Positions 1 through 10,031 of a stretch of 64,000 nucleotides of DNA are shown here, one piece after another (positions within the stretch are counted from its first letter, which is position 1; every line of letters begins with the position of its first letter). Source of the stretch: Candidatus Peregrinibacteria bacterium CG11_big_fil_rev_8_21_14_0_20_49_14 (GTDB lineage Bacteria; Patescibacteriota; Gracilibacteria; Peribacterales; Peribacteraceae); the NCBI GenBank assembly GCA_002787035.1, contig PCVP01000034.1, positions 15,902 through 79,901 of the forward strand, given 5' to 3'. The position numbers and the translations under genes are program-made. The notes beneath the pieces were generated by a model that saw nothing but the letters and a program-made list of their open reading frames with translations, ran no database searches and was not told the DNA's origin.

Positions 1-464
1 TTGTCGGAAACAAACAGGAAACCTCCGGAAGCATCCGACTCTTTGCCCATCGTAAATTGTTCCGATGGTGCAAGTTTTTTCAGTGCGGCTGCATGTTTTT
101 TGGAAGGGTAGATAATACCCTTCTGCGAGATCTGCTTTAAGCATGTGCGCAGCAGCTCTTCCACTTTGTTCTCGGGAAGTGCGCTGAGTTCCGCCGTTAC
201 TTTCGCATACAGACGATCCAGCAGTTCCTGCTTCTTTAGCAGTACAGTGTTTCTCTTTGCAGATTCCGCATGTGCTTGTGCTTTCGCTTTCAGATGCGTT
301 TTCTTCTGCTCCTTCTGTACGGCAATTTCCTGCTTCTTTTTTGCAAGAGATCGTTCACTTGCTTCACGCATTTGCGTCAGAGCTTTTTGATGAGCGCTGC
401 GAGCGGTTGCAATCTGATGATCTGCCTGTGCGCTTATAGCGTTGAGAATATCTTGAAGTGCCAT
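1..464 (-). CDS. atpE: V/A-type ATP synthase subunit E (N-terminal part; C-terminus runs off the window edge)
   Basis: Absent from the ORF track because no stop lies inside the window. A reverse-strand ATG at 464-462 opens MALQDILNAISAQADHQIATARSAH...SDASGGFLFVSD. This is a charged coiled-coil N-terminus followed by a globular part, as in subunit E. It lies directly downstream of subunits I and K on the same strand. Confidence 0.7.
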   Translation of the reverse strand, partial: MALQDILNAISAQADHQIATARSAHQKALTQMREASERSLAKKKQEIAVQKEQKKTHLKAKAQAHAESAKRNTVLLKKQELLDRLYAKVTAELSALPENKVEELLRTCLKQISQKGIIYPSKKHAAALKKLAPSEQFTMGKESDASGGFLFVSD

Positions 465-488
465 AATGTCAGAAGGGAAGAGAGGCGA

Positions 489-1079
489 TTAGCCGATGAG
501 TCCTGTTTTGAATGAGCTCATCATGAAGAAGGAAATAAGGAACCCGAGCAGTGCGTATGTTTCTACAAGGGCAGCCATTGTAATAACACGACCTGCAAGC
601 TTGGCATCCTTCGCAAGCATGTGCATACCTGCGCTACATACTTTTGCCTGGAAAGGCGAAGATGTAAGACATGTGATGGTTACAGGCAACGTTGCTGCGA
701 GAAGAATGAATCCCTGTGAAACTGAAACAGGTACTTCTCCGGTGATAACAGGACCGTAGTTAAAGATGAAAAGCAGAGAAATAACCATACCGTACAAACC
801 CTGTGAACCCGGAAGCACCATAAGGGTGATTACTTTTCCTGCAAGCTCAGGCTTTTCGGTAAGGAGACCTGCTCCGGCCTGACCGGTCATGGATACTCCG
901 AGAATGGAACCGAGACAAGAAAGGAACGTGGCGGCTGCAACGCCGAAGAAGGCGATAGCAAGACCCCACTGAATAGTGCCGGAAGAGGCAACTGCTTGCA
1001 TTGCAGTCGGCTCCTGGGCAAACGCGACAGCAGGTGCAAGCAGTGCAGCTGCGGCGGAGAGAGATACAGAAGTTTTCAT
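489..1079 (-). CDS. atpK: V/A-type ATP synthase subunit K (proteolipid, c-ring)
   Basis: Start trimmed to MKTSVSLS (ATG at 1079), because the longer ORF overlaps the end of subunit I. It has Gly/Ala-rich hydrophobic hairpins and the carboxylate motif AALVETYALLG. A signal-like N-terminal segment ends AVAFAQEP. Confidence 0.85.
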   Translation of the reverse strand: MKTSVSLSAAAALLAPAVAFAQEPTAMQAVASSGTIQWGLAIAFFGVAAATFLSCLGSILGVSMTGQAGAGLLTEKPELAGKVITLMVLPGSQGLYGMVISLLFIFNYGPVITGEVPVSVSQGFILLAATLPVTITCLTSSPFQAKVCSAGMHMLAKDAKLAGRVITMAALVETYALLGFLISFFMMSSFKTGLIG

Positions 1080-1107
1080 AAAAAGAAATGGGAAATGGTA
1101 AGAGATT

Positions 1108-3042
1108 TTATGACGATCTGGAACGGCGATACGGGCTGAAAGTGCGCCCTCCGCCTTCAAAGAATTGGCTGAAGAATTCAATAAACTGCAAACGTCCGGA
1201 GTGTATGAAGCTTCCGAGCGTATTCAGTGCGATACTGACAATGTGACCCACAAGGAAAATCAAAATCACAATCGGAATACCTATCCATGCGGGAAATAGT
1301 CTTCCCAACTCCACCGCAACCTGGTTTACGGCAAGTGCCAGAGCACCTGTTACGAGTCCCAGAGCAAGAATACGCAGGTAACTTAACGTGTTGCTCAACA
1401 TTCCTATGCCGAAATTCACCACTCCCAACACTCCCATAATCGGACGAACAAACCACTTGTTGCCGTACCCTTTTCCCCAGACCATCAGTACCAAGGCTGC
1501 GTAGAGAGGATAATTTTTACCGGCTGCCATGCTCTCCGGAGCAACCACACTGAATATGATTGCTCCGAGAAGAATGTGATTTGTGAAGTCCTGCCAGAAT
1601 GCCGCAGCTTTCCGACCATGAATCCACTTGTGCATACCTGCCAAGAACATGCCGAAGAACAGATGGGTAAGACCGAGTGCAATGGAGAGGTTTTGCAGGA
1701 AGGTGATGCCGGATTCTTTCGAGAGATCCCATACCTGTCCTCTGAAAAGCAGTGAGCCTCCTTCGGTGGTTTTAGTCAGTGCGGCAGGTACTTGTGAAGG
1801 GAGCAGGCCGAACCAGCCACCGAACGGAATACTGACGAAGAACGTCACAATTCCCGCCATAAACAAGAGCCAAAGCAGCGGGGCCTCGTCTATTGTTTTT
1901 TTGCTTTTAAAGAGCACGATACCGAAAATCGTTGCGATGACTGCTCCGTAACCTGCGTCCGTAAGGCAGAGTCCGAAGTAGAGAATAAAAAACGGCGAGA
2001 GTGCCATTGTCGGGTCTATTTCACTCGGGAGCGGGAGTCCGTAGAGTCCTGTAACGCTCTCAAACGGCGTGACAAACTTCGAGTTCTTCAGAAGTACGGG
2101 TGGTTCCTCTCCTTCGTCCGGTTTTATTTTAAGCACGGCGATTGCTTTGGAGAGTTTCTGCAAATGCACTTCCAGCAGTGCCATGCGGTTTCGGGGCATC
2201 CACCCGAGCAGTGTAATGGTACTGCTTGTTTCCACCATTGCTTCGCGTGCGGATTGTTTTTCGTCCAGCCACGACAGGAAGGCGGCAGTTTTCGCAAGAT
2301 TCGGAAGTTCAACGGAGAGCTGCACACGTTGCTCGTGATTTTTTCTCTTTTTTCCCAGCAATTCCTTTATTGCCATGCTTGCTTCCTCGTACAAATATGA
2401 GGCACTTCCGTCCCATTTGGGCAACTCTTCCGTTGTCCATCCCATTGCTGTTGCCAGTTCCTCAAAGCGGATCGCATCTTTTTTCCATAGATGTGCCACG
2501 ACATAGGTGGTGCCATTTTCGTTGTTGATTTCCTGCAGTTCCGTCCGGGGAAGCTCCGTCGCGAGCGTATCTTTCAATACAGGCAATACGCCTGCAGGAA
2601 GTGTACCGAGGATACGCAGGGATGTATGCGATTCGTGTGTCGCATTCAAAGAAAAGGGCAGCGAAAGCCATGGTTCCAGCGTTTCCTTTCGCAGCGCCAG
2701 TTCCTGCAACTCTCGTTGTGCCTCCGTGTCGGATTCTTCCAATGCATGCAACATATCCACAATATGACGCACGTCAGTGTGACTTGCCGCATAGATAATG
2801 GCATCTTCCGTCATTCCTTTATACACGGTAGCCAGTGTCTCTTTCGATGCCACTTCTTTCAGCGTGGTAATGGCAAATTGCAGTTCTGCGGCACGGAATT
2901 GCACTTCAGTGTGGTCTAAGCCGGAAGGTGACTTCGCTTCGGATATTTCCACCACTCCCTCTTTATGAAGAGCATCGAGAAGATCTTCTCGAAGAGATTT
3001 GTGTGCCAGAATCGCCACTTTTTGCATTGCCACTATTGCCAT
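1108..3042 (-). CDS. atpI: V/A-type ATP synthase subunit I (a-subunit, stator/proton channel)
   Basis: 644 aa with a soluble coiled N-terminal half and a multi-TM C-terminal half. The conserved Arg motif is present as NTLSYLRILALGLVTG. Its start overlaps the stop of the upstream small subunit as TAATG. Confidence 0.9.
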   Translation of the reverse strand: MAIVAMQKVAILAHKSLREDLLDALHKEGVVEISEAKSPSGLDHTEVQFRAAELQFAITTLKEVASKETLATVYKGMTEDAIIYAASHTDVRHIVDMLHALEESDTEAQRELQELALRKETLEPWLSLPFSLNATHESHTSLRILGTLPAGVLPVLKDTLATELPRTELQEINNENGTTYVVAHLWKKDAIRFEELATAMGWTTEELPKWDGSASYLYEEASMAIKELLGKKRKNHEQRVQLSVELPNLAKTAAFLSWLDEKQSAREAMVETSSTITLLGWMPRNRMALLEVHLQKLSKAIAVLKIKPDEGEEPPVLLKNSKFVTPFESVTGLYGLPLPSEIDPTMALSPFFILYFGLCLTDAGYGAVIATIFGIVLFKSKKTIDEAPLLWLLFMAGIVTFFVSIPFGGWFGLLPSQVPAALTKTTEGGSLLFRGQVWDLSKESGITFLQNLSIALGLTHLFFGMFLAGMHKWIHGRKAAAFWQDFTNHILLGAIIFSVVAPESMAAGKNYPLYAALVLMVWGKGYGNKWFVRPIMGVLGVVNFGIGMLSNTLSYLRILALGLVTGALALAVNQVAVELGRLFPAWIGIPIVILIFLVGHIVSIALNTLGSFIHSGRLQFIEFFSQFFEGGGRTFSPYRRSRSS

Positions 3043-3434
3043 TAGCTTCGGAGGAGAGGGGAATTGGCTGCGAGTGCCTGTTCCACTAATTTCTTTGCGA
3101 CTGCGTCTTCTTGTGAAACGAAGTGTGCTTCTATCTGTTCCGCTTTCTTCTCCGCATCTTTCTCGGCGCTTTTTACGATCGTACTGAGCTCTGTTTCCCG
3201 GTATTCCATCAGTTCTTTACGGGCTGCATCTTTTATTTCTTGGTCACCGATTTCCTCCTTTTCTTTCAGTGCCTGCTCCACTTCACGCTTTTCCTCCTCC
3301 ATAGCTTCGATTTCTTTCGCTACGCGGGCATTCTCTTGCTCTTCCAGACGAGCAATCTGATCAAAAGGAGTGTCTCTTGTTGGGGTGCTAACTGCGCCTT
3401 TTGCGCCAGTTGTAGCCGAAAAGTCTGTATCCAT
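3042..3434 (-). CDS. Small charged coiled-coil protein, probable V/A-ATPase peripheral-stalk subunit (H/G-like)
   Basis: 130 aa, extremely Glu/Lys/Ala-rich (EEQENARVAKEIEAMEEEKREVEQALKEKEE). It is the first gene of the ATPase gene string and is translationally coupled to subunit I. The assignment rests on position and composition, not on a motif. Confidence 0.55.
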   Translation of the reverse strand: MDTDFSATTGAKGAVSTPTRDTPFDQIARLEEQENARVAKEIEAMEEEKREVEQALKEKEEIGDQEIKDAARKELMEYRETELSTIVKSAEKDAEKKAEQIEAHFVSQEDAVAKKLVEQALAANSPLLRS

Positions 3435-3625
3435 ACTTATGATTGGTAAAACGCGCGGACTCTACGCGCGCGTCAAGAAAAAATCAAGGGTCTAAGGGCG
3501 GGTTTTGGAATAGGTTTGTGGCTTTGGTGAGCGGTCGGTGTGTCGTGGTACTACTTTGTACACAGAAATATCGGTCATTCGTACAAAGAATGTCCCGTCG
3601 TATTGTTTCTAAACAGAGACGCTTC

Positions 3626-4588
3626 TTACTTTCTCTTCACACGAATGAATCCGGATGTTTCCAGCACATCCAGCTTCTTTTCGTGCTTGGTGAGTTTGTC
3701 GAGCAGGAGGTTGATACCGATTGCATCACTGGCCATATGGCTGCACTGAATCATATTCACGTGGTGCTTTTTCGCCTCTTCCCATGTTTTCTCGGTGACG
3801 TGCATGGAGAGAATGGTTCCGACACCGGCTTTGGATTGCTCTATCAGCTGCTCTTCGGGACCGTTTGTTCCTCCCGTGAATTCAGTGGCGACTATTTTAC
3901 CAGGTCGGCTATCAGGAGTACCGTTTACGATAATCGGTGGGTTACCCTTCTTTGCGTAGTACTCGTACTCAGGAATTTTCAGCAGTGCGTCCAGAATATC
4001 TGCAAGACAGTCGAAGTTCTTTGAGCAGATTTCTTTCTCTATGAATCTCCATACCAAGTTGTCGGTGGGGGTGTGGCAACAGAATGCGGGAATGCCGAGC
4101 AGTTCCGCCGCGCGCTCCGTACGGAAGAGGTTGTCTGCATGAATCGCTCTCCAAATACGGTCCATTCGTGGCTTCAGTTGTGCTTCGCTGTGGTTTACCG
4201 GCACACCGACACTGGCAAGCACATCCACCTGCAGGGGCATGACTTTTTCTAAGTCGGCGAGAGCGCGACCTTCGGGGTGGTGAATGAAGAGACAATCAAT
4301 TTTCTCTCCCTTCTCACGAAGTCTGTCTGCAAGTAATACCTCCGGTGTCTCTATATCTATACCGACCATGAGTCTTGTTACATCTTCGTTGCCGGTACCG
4401 TTAATAATGCGAGAGTCGCTGTACGGATTCCATGTGCGCTCTTCATCGAAGAACTTCTTATCCTTCGTATCCAGCTTCTTTGCTTTGTCGGAATACTTCT
4501 TCAACTTTTTCTGCAGGTCTGCCTTACTGCGAACGTCGGCTTCCATGCCGTAGGTAATGGCCTGTGCGAAGAGATCTTTCAGTTTCAT
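3626..4588 (-). CDS. Nif3-family dinuclear metal-centre protein (GTP cyclohydrolase 1 type 2 homolog)
   Basis: Start trimmed to MKLKDLFAQAITYG. It shows the motifs DCLFIHHPEG and AFCCHTPTDN and a C-terminal SMHVTE...SHMASD, typical of NIF3/YbgI. An inserted middle domain is present. Confidence 0.8.
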   Translation of the reverse strand: MKLKDLFAQAITYGMEADVRSKADLQKKLKKYSDKAKKLDTKDKKFFDEERTWNPYSDSRIINGTGNEDVTRLMVGIDIETPEVLLADRLREKGEKIDCLFIHHPEGRALADLEKVMPLQVDVLASVGVPVNHSEAQLKPRMDRIWRAIHADNLFRTERAAELLGIPAFCCHTPTDNLVWRFIEKEICSKNFDCLADILDALLKIPEYEYYAKKGNPPIIVNGTPDSRPGKIVATEFTGGTNGPEEQLIEQSKAGVGTILSMHVTEKTWEEAKKHHVNMIQCSHMASDAIGINLLLDKLTKHEKKLDVLETSGFIRVKRK

Positions 4589-4690
4589 TTCCCGCAAAGA
4601 GTACAGGCAGCTCGATACTTTGCGCAAGGAAAAGGACTGCGCGAGAACGCGCAGCCCTTTAAGGAACCCTGCTCTGCAATGCCCAAGATG

Positions 4691-5023
4691 CTATACTTCT
4701 TGTTGTACGAGCACGCGACCGGTTTGCACATTCCGTGCTTTCCGGCCATTGCGAGCCTGTACTTCCAATACCTCGTGGCTCTCGGTGACGAGTGCCCTCT
4801 GATTCGAGAGCCCGAGGTGTGTTACGAACAGTTGGGGGACACGAATGAGAATCGGTCGAGTAGTTTTCAGCCGCGGCCGAATTTCGTCGAACCATTTGCG
4901 AAGCGCGGTCGTGAGTCCCTCGTCCCCGGTGTCGAGGTCTTCTTGTATCCACACTTGCAACATTGCAGTACGCCTGCGTTTGTCGGATTCTGCAAAGAAT
5001 TCTTCCGAAGTGTGACTGTGCAT
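4691..5023 (-). CDS. Hypothetical protein (110 aa)
   Basis: This is the only ORF in the 4.6-5.3 kb gap with protein-like composition; the overlapping + strand ORFs are Cys/Phe-rich. It is on the same strand as its neighbours. No motif was recognised. Confidence 0.35.
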   Translation of the reverse strand: MHSHTSEEFFAESDKRRRTAMLQVWIQEDLDTGDEGLTTALRKWFDEIRPRLKTTRPILIRVPQLFVTHLGLSNQRALVTESHEVLEVQARNGRKARNVQTGRVLVQQEV

Positions 5024-5318
5024 AGTGTTCTACCTTTCTTGTGATGGTTGTTGCGGACATTGCAATTGAGCAGAGCGGGCTACCGACGTGCTATCGGCAA
5101 GCCGCTATGTTCGAGCAGTATCTGTGGTGGGAAAGAGCAAATGCGAAGAAGCCAGCCTGTCTGGGGGAGAGAGGCTGCGAACAGTGGTCAGAACGATTGC
5201 AATTACCAAGTACGCAGTGTCCCCAGAACGGATGTAACCTTCTGGCAGTGGAGGACGCCGCGCATGAAACAGACTTGGATCATTTGCAAGCGCAGTGTAA
5301 CTTTTCCCTCTTTATTTG

Positions 5319-7403
5319 TCACCCCTTTTTTTCTGTCACGACCACTTTGGAGTCCGCAACAATAACACCGTCCGCACTCACAAGAATCGGATTGAAATCC
5401 AGTTCGGAAATCTGCGGACATTCGTTCATGAGGGAAGACACTGCCACCAAGGTTTCCACCACACCGTCTATGTCGGATTGACGTTGCCCCCGCATGCCGA
5501 GAAGCAGGTTCCAGCTCTTGAGATCCTGCAGCATGCGGTAGCCTTCTTCGCTTGTAATCGGAGCCATGCGAAACGACGTATCGCGAAAAAGTTCCGTGTA
5601 AATTCCGCCGAGTCCAACCATGACCATGGGTCCGAAGGATGGGTCTCGCAGTCCTCCGACAATGAACTCGTTTCCTATGGGAAGAAACTTCTGTATCAGC
5701 ACTCCGCGCCTCTCTGCTTCCGGCATTTTGGCCTCCACGTTGGTTATTATTTCTTCGAATGCCCGTGAGACATCGTCATCGTTTTTCAGATTTGCTTTTA
5801 TGCCCCCCACATCTGTTTTATGAAGAATCTGCGGTGAGCTGATTTTCGCGATGACCGGGTACCCAATTTCCTGTGCGATGTTCCGTGCTTCGGTCACGTT
5901 CGTTGCCAGGCCCTGTAGTGGCAGCGGAATGTCGTAGAGGGCAAGCAGCTCTTTGGTGGCATCCTCTGAAAGCAGTCCTTTGCACTTTCCTATTATTGCC
6001 GTCGCCTTTTTGGCACGAGCTTCATTGCTGATCGGCATCGCATCTTTGCGATTCGGATCTTTCCGGAGCAGAGTGGACATGGCGTACATGGCACGCTCCG
6101 GACTCTGAAAATTCGGAATACCGTTGGCAGCCAGAATATCTATTGCTTCCTTTACGCTCTCACCTCCCATAAAACTGGTGACTATCGGCATGAGTCGTGA
6201 TTGTTTGCGCACTTGCACCACTGCGTTTGCTATCTCCGTACAGGGGGTCATAACTTGCGGAGTAAGCAGTACGACCATGCCATCTACGTTCGGGTCTTCA
6301 TTGCAGATATCCAACGCAGCTTGGTACCGCTCGGTGGTGGCATCGCCTATGACATCGATGGGGTTCACCAGTCCCGCAGCTTCCGGAAGATGAGGCTTGA
6401 GTTTTGTGAGTGTCGCTTCTGAGAGGTGGGGCATAAGAAGCCCCGCTGTTTCGGCACCGTCCGTTGCCAAAATTCCGGGTCCTCCCGCATTCGTAATGAC
6501 GACAACGTTTCTCGAAAGCAGGGGAGGTTGCGTGCTGAGTGTTTGCAGCAAGTTCATAAAATCCTGAAACGTATGCGCGCGATGCACGCCGGTGCGTATG
6601 CACGCGGCATCTATGGCACTGTCGCTTCCTGCCAGGGCTCCCGTGTGCGAAGACGCGGCTTCTTTTCCGTGCTTAGATACGCCGGATTTCAGAAGAACGA
6701 TGTGTTTGGTGCGTGCCACCCGTGCGGCTACCTCCAGGAATCGCGCTCCGTCCGCTATGTTTTCTAAGTACAGGCCGATGACTTTTGTTTTGTCGTCCTG
6801 TTCGCAGAGTTCCAAATAGTCGCATGCATCCATGGCCGCTTTGTTTCCTATACTGAGTACCAAGGAGTATCCCAAGTGCAGAGACGGAGACGCATCCATA
6901 ATGGCGACTGCCATGGCACCGGACTGACTTACCAATGCTATGCATCCGTCGGCGGAGATATCTTTCGCGAAAGACGCATTCATTTTTATGCTCGGCCGTA
7001 AAACACCCAGACAGTTCGGACCCACAAGGTTCATGCGGTACTCGGCACACACGGCCACCAAATCATTTTCCATTTTCTTCCCTTCTTCGGTGTGCACTTC
7101 GCTGAATCCTGCGGTAATAACCACCAACCATTTCACTCCTTTTTCGCCGCACTCTTTTGCCACGGCACAGACAGTGGGGGCGGGTGTGACTACCACTGCC
7201 ATTTCCACTTCCGACGGCACGTCCGAAATGTTCTCGTATACCTTCTTGCCGAGTATCTCTCCTCCTTTCGGGTTAATGGGATATATGGCACCTTCGTACC
7301 CTTGTTGCACCAAGTTACGCAAAACCATATGTCCCACCTTGTGTTCGGATGCACTGGCACCCACCACTGCGATGGAAGAAGGCTCGAAGACGGGCATGCG
7401 CAT
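5319..7403 (-). CDS. acd: Acetate--CoA ligase (ADP-forming), fused alpha/beta (acetyl-CoA synthetase, NDP-forming)
   Basis: It carries a CoA-binding N-terminus (SIAVVGASASEHKVG, GPNCLG, SQSGA) and the phospho-His loop AASSHTGALAGSD. The C-terminus is an ATP-grasp domain (GYPVIAKISSPQILHKTDVGG). Confidence 0.9.
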   Translation of the reverse strand: MRMPVFEPSSIAVVGASASEHKVGHMVLRNLVQQGYEGAIYPINPKGGEILGKKVYENISDVPSEVEMAVVVTPAPTVCAVAKECGEKGVKWLVVITAGFSEVHTEEGKKMENDLVAVCAEYRMNLVGPNCLGVLRPSIKMNASFAKDISADGCIALVSQSGAMAVAIMDASPSLHLGYSLVLSIGNKAAMDACDYLELCEQDDKTKVIGLYLENIADGARFLEVAARVARTKHIVLLKSGVSKHGKEAASSHTGALAGSDSAIDAACIRTGVHRAHTFQDFMNLLQTLSTQPPLLSRNVVVITNAGGPGILATDGAETAGLLMPHLSEATLTKLKPHLPEAAGLVNPIDVIGDATTERYQAALDICNEDPNVDGMVVLLTPQVMTPCTEIANAVVQVRKQSRLMPIVTSFMGGESVKEAIDILAANGIPNFQSPERAMYAMSTLLRKDPNRKDAMPISNEARAKKATAIIGKCKGLLSEDATKELLALYDIPLPLQGLATNVTEARNIAQEIGYPVIAKISSPQILHKTDVGGIKANLKNDDDVSRAFEEIITNVEAKMPEAERRGVLIQKFLPIGNEFIVGGLRDPSFGPMVMVGLGGIYTELFRDTSFRMAPITSEEGYRMLQDLKSWNLLLGMRGQRQSDIDGVVETLVAVSSLMNECPQISELDFNPILVSADGVIVADSKVVVTEKKG

Positions 7404-7459
7404 ACAAGGGAAGAATTCTCTTTATTCTACCGTATTTCGCGTATTTTCTCAATTTCTCA

Positions 7460-7726
7460 CTATTCCTCGTCTATCGCTTCTATCGCAATATGAGTGACCT
7501 GTCCTATGTGGTCTCGTGAGAGAATGATGTTCTGACCCACCGTACTCATGCGTGGGTCCACTATATCGACCATTCTTCTGCGAACGGTGCGGACTTCGGC
7601 GGGCATGTGAACGACTTCGTCCGATTCAAATGGTGACTCCAAAAATTCTTCCCCTCGCCAAATATTCTGCGATTCCTCGCTTGCGAGCGGTTGCCACATT
7701 ATTTTTTTTCTGTGTGACTTGTGCAT
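7460..7726 (-). CDS. Hypothetical small protein (88 aa or shorter)
   Basis: It fills the gap upstream of acd on the same strand and has an acidic C-terminus. No recognisable motif, and the start is uncertain (alternative MWQPLAS). Confidence 0.3.
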   Translation of the reverse strand: MHKSHRKKIMWQPLASEESQNIWRGEEFLESPFESDEVVHMPAEVRTVRRRMVDIVDPRMSTVGQNIILSRDHIGQVTHIAIEAIDEE

Positions 7727-7815
7727 AAATCCAATCAGTATACCACGAACAGGTCTCCAAAACTACCCTAGATCCAAGCTGGAATCCTTCGGACATACCG
7801 CTACACTGTTTCCGT

Positions 7816-8283
7816 ATGAAATCGCTCCATATCATTTATGCGTCCACGAGCGGCCACACGGAATACGTGGTCTCCGTTATCGCCGATTACATTAAGCAGC
7901 ATTCTCCCGACACGGAGGTGGAGGTGCAGCGTTGCGAACAGGCGACGGCGGAAGATCTTGCTCGCGGAGATGTGTTGCTTTTCGGTTCGGGCAGTTGGAA
8001 TACGGGAGGTGTGGAAGGACAGCTGAATCCTGAGATGTATGTGTATTGTAAGAAGACGTGCAAAGATACGGATCTCGCAGGAAAGCCTGCGGGAATCATA
8101 GCGTTGGGAGATGATCGCTATTACTACACCGCCCGAAGCGGCGAACATATTCGTAATTTTATTCAGTCACACGGAGGAACGGTATTCGGTCAGACTCTTA
8201 CGATCGTCAACGATCCGTACGGGCAGGAAGAGCGCATAGAAAGCTGGGCTAAAAAATTCCTGGAACACCTGCAAGATCTATGA
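7816..8283 (+). CDS. Flavodoxin
   Basis: 155 aa with the FMN phosphate loop IIYASTSGHTE and a GSGSWN loop. An ATGA overlap couples it to the downstream oxidoreductase alpha subunit. Confidence 0.85.
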   Translation: MKSLHIIYASTSGHTEYVVSVIADYIKQHSPDTEVEVQRCEQATAEDLARGDVLLFGSGSWNTGGVEGQLNPEMYVYCKKTCKDTDLAGKPAGIIALGDDRYYYTARSGEHIRNFIQSHGGTVFGQTLTIVNDPYGQEERIESWAKKFLEHLQDL

Positions 8284-10031
8284 AGCGCATTTCCCTCAAA
8301 GTCACAGGCGCACAGGGCCAGGGAGTAAACTCCGTGGGGGAGATATGTGGCAAAGGTCTGAAGCATGCGGGGTACTGTGTGTTCGGGTACAGAGAGTACA
8401 TGTCACTCATTAAAGGCGGGCACTCCGGCTACCAGTTGGATGTGTCTCCCGAAAAACTGGAGAGTTCCGAAACAACGGTGGATATCCTCGTGAATTTCAA
8501 TCACCACGGACTCATGCAGAACTGGCAGGAGGTAAAGAAGGGCGGCATTATTCTGCATCAAACTCCCATGTGGGAGTTTCCGAGCGAGCAGCAGAAGTGG
8601 CTGAAAGACAATGATATTACAGTTGTGTATCTTCCCGTGGAGGACATTTTAAAAAAAATGAAAGCGCCAAATATTCTGGGAAACGTGCTCATCACGTCCG
8701 CCGTGTGGACACTGCTCGGGCAAGACGACGATGTACTGAAAGAGTTGGTACGTAAGCAGTTCGGACACAAGGGTGAAGAAATAGTGCAAATGAATTTCCG
8801 TTGCATAGACGAGGGCACCGCATTCATACGCGACGACAGTGTGCAGCCCCTCACGCTTCCCGCACCCGACTTGAAGTGGGCGAACCACATGTACCTCACC
8901 GGAAGCGAAGCCATGGGTCTCGGCATTATTCACGGAGGATGTCGCATGTACGTGGGGTATCCCATGACTCCGTCATCTCCGCTGCTTTCGTACATAGCAG
9001 ACAAGCAGAACGAAACTGAGATGGTAATTAAACAGGCGGAAGACGAAATAACCGCAGTACAAATGATGAGCGGTGCCATGCACATGGGTACTCGCGCTGC
9101 GACGGGAACATCCGGCGGAGGGTTCGACCTTATGACAGAATCGCTGTCACTCAACGGAATCATAGAAAATCCCGCGGTCATCGTGTTGGCTCAGCGACCC
9201 GGCCCTGCCACAGGTCTTCCCACGTGGACGTGCCAAGGAGATCTGCTGCTCGCAGTCGGTGCCGCACACGGAGAATTTCCACGTTTGGTCATAAGCGTGA
9301 GCGACAGTCAGGATTCTTTTGATCTTATGCCAGAAGCATTCAATTATGCCGACGAATATCAAACTCCCGTGATAGTCCTTACCGATAAGCACATAGCCGA
9401 AGCGCTTTACACACAGGTGCCTTACGATGTTACGAAAGCGGAAATTCGTCGCGGAAACTTGGTGACCGATCCGAAGAAACTTGCAAAATTGAAGTCAGCA
9501 GATAGGTACGACCCGACGGTGAAAGACGGTATTTCTCCGCGATGGCTGCCCGGCACCGAAGCGGATGTGTACTGCGCGCAGGGCGACGAACACGATGCCG
9601 AAGGCAATGTGGATGAGTCCGCAAGCAACGCGATCGCGCAGATGCAAAAACGCATGGCAAAGATGACCGCTTTGCACAATGCGTTACCTGAGCCCGATCT
9701 CATAGGAGACAGTAACCCCGATATCCTGCTTGTATGCTGGGGGAGCACACGGAGTGTTGTGGACGATGTGCTCAAGAGCGAAGAGTTTGCGGGTGCTTCC
9801 ATAGCGTATTTGCACTACTCATTCCTCTGGCCGCTTAAAACGGAAAAACTTCTGCAGCTGGTTTCCAAGGCAAAAAAGATTGTTCTCATAGAAGGGAATT
9901 ACAACGGTCAGTTGGGTAAGCTTATACGACAGGAATGCGGACTCAACATAGAAGAGCGCATTCTGAAATACGACGGTCGTCCTTTCTTCTACGATGAACT
10001 GCATCGCGCACTTACTCCTCTGCTTTCATGA
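8280..10031 (+). CDS. 2-oxoacid:ferredoxin/flavodoxin oxidoreductase, fused gamma-alpha subunit
   Basis: The N-terminal POR gamma-type domain (KVTGAQGQGVNSVG) is followed by an alpha domain (GYPMTPSSPLL, GTSGGGF). It is 583 aa, and substrate specificity cannot be read from the sequence. Confidence 0.9.
   Translation: MKRISLKVTGAQGQGVNSVGEICGKGLKHAGYCVFGYREYMSLIKGGHSGYQLDVSPEKLESSETTVDILVNFNHHGLMQNWQEVKKGGIILHQTPMWEFPSEQQKWLKDNDITVVYLPVEDILKKMKAPNILGNVLITSAVWTLLGQDDDVLKELVRKQFGHKGEEIVQMNFRCIDEGTAFIRDDSVQPLTLPAPDLKWANHMYLTGSEAMGLGIIHGGCRMYVGYPMTPSSPLLSYIADKQNETEMVIKQAEDEITAVQMMSGAMHMGTRAATGTSGGGFDLMTESLSLNGIIENPAVIVLAQRPGPATGLPTWTCQGDLLLAVGAAHGEFPRLVISVSDSQDSFDLMPEAFNYADEYQTPVIVLTDKHIAEALYTQVPYDVTKAEIRRGNLVTDPKKLAKLKSADRYDPTVKDGISPRWLPGTEADVYCAQGDEHDAEGNVDESASNAIAQMQKRMAKMTALHNALPEPDLIGDSNPDILLVCWGSTRSVVDDVLKSEEFAGASIAYLHYSFLWPLKTEKLLQLVSKAKKIVLIEGNYNGQLGKLIRQECGLNIEERILKYDGRPFFYDELHRALTPLLS

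Noticed and set aside
5059-5204. Two copies of ATTGCAATT (5059-5067 and 5196-5204) in the 295-nt spacer downstream of acd; possible operator pair or RNA gene
   Set aside because: A repeated 9-mer within 300 nt can arise by chance, roughly a one-in-six expectation. I found no RNase P, tmRNA or SRP consensus elements in the spacer on either strand. It is not reportable without a motif or covariation search.
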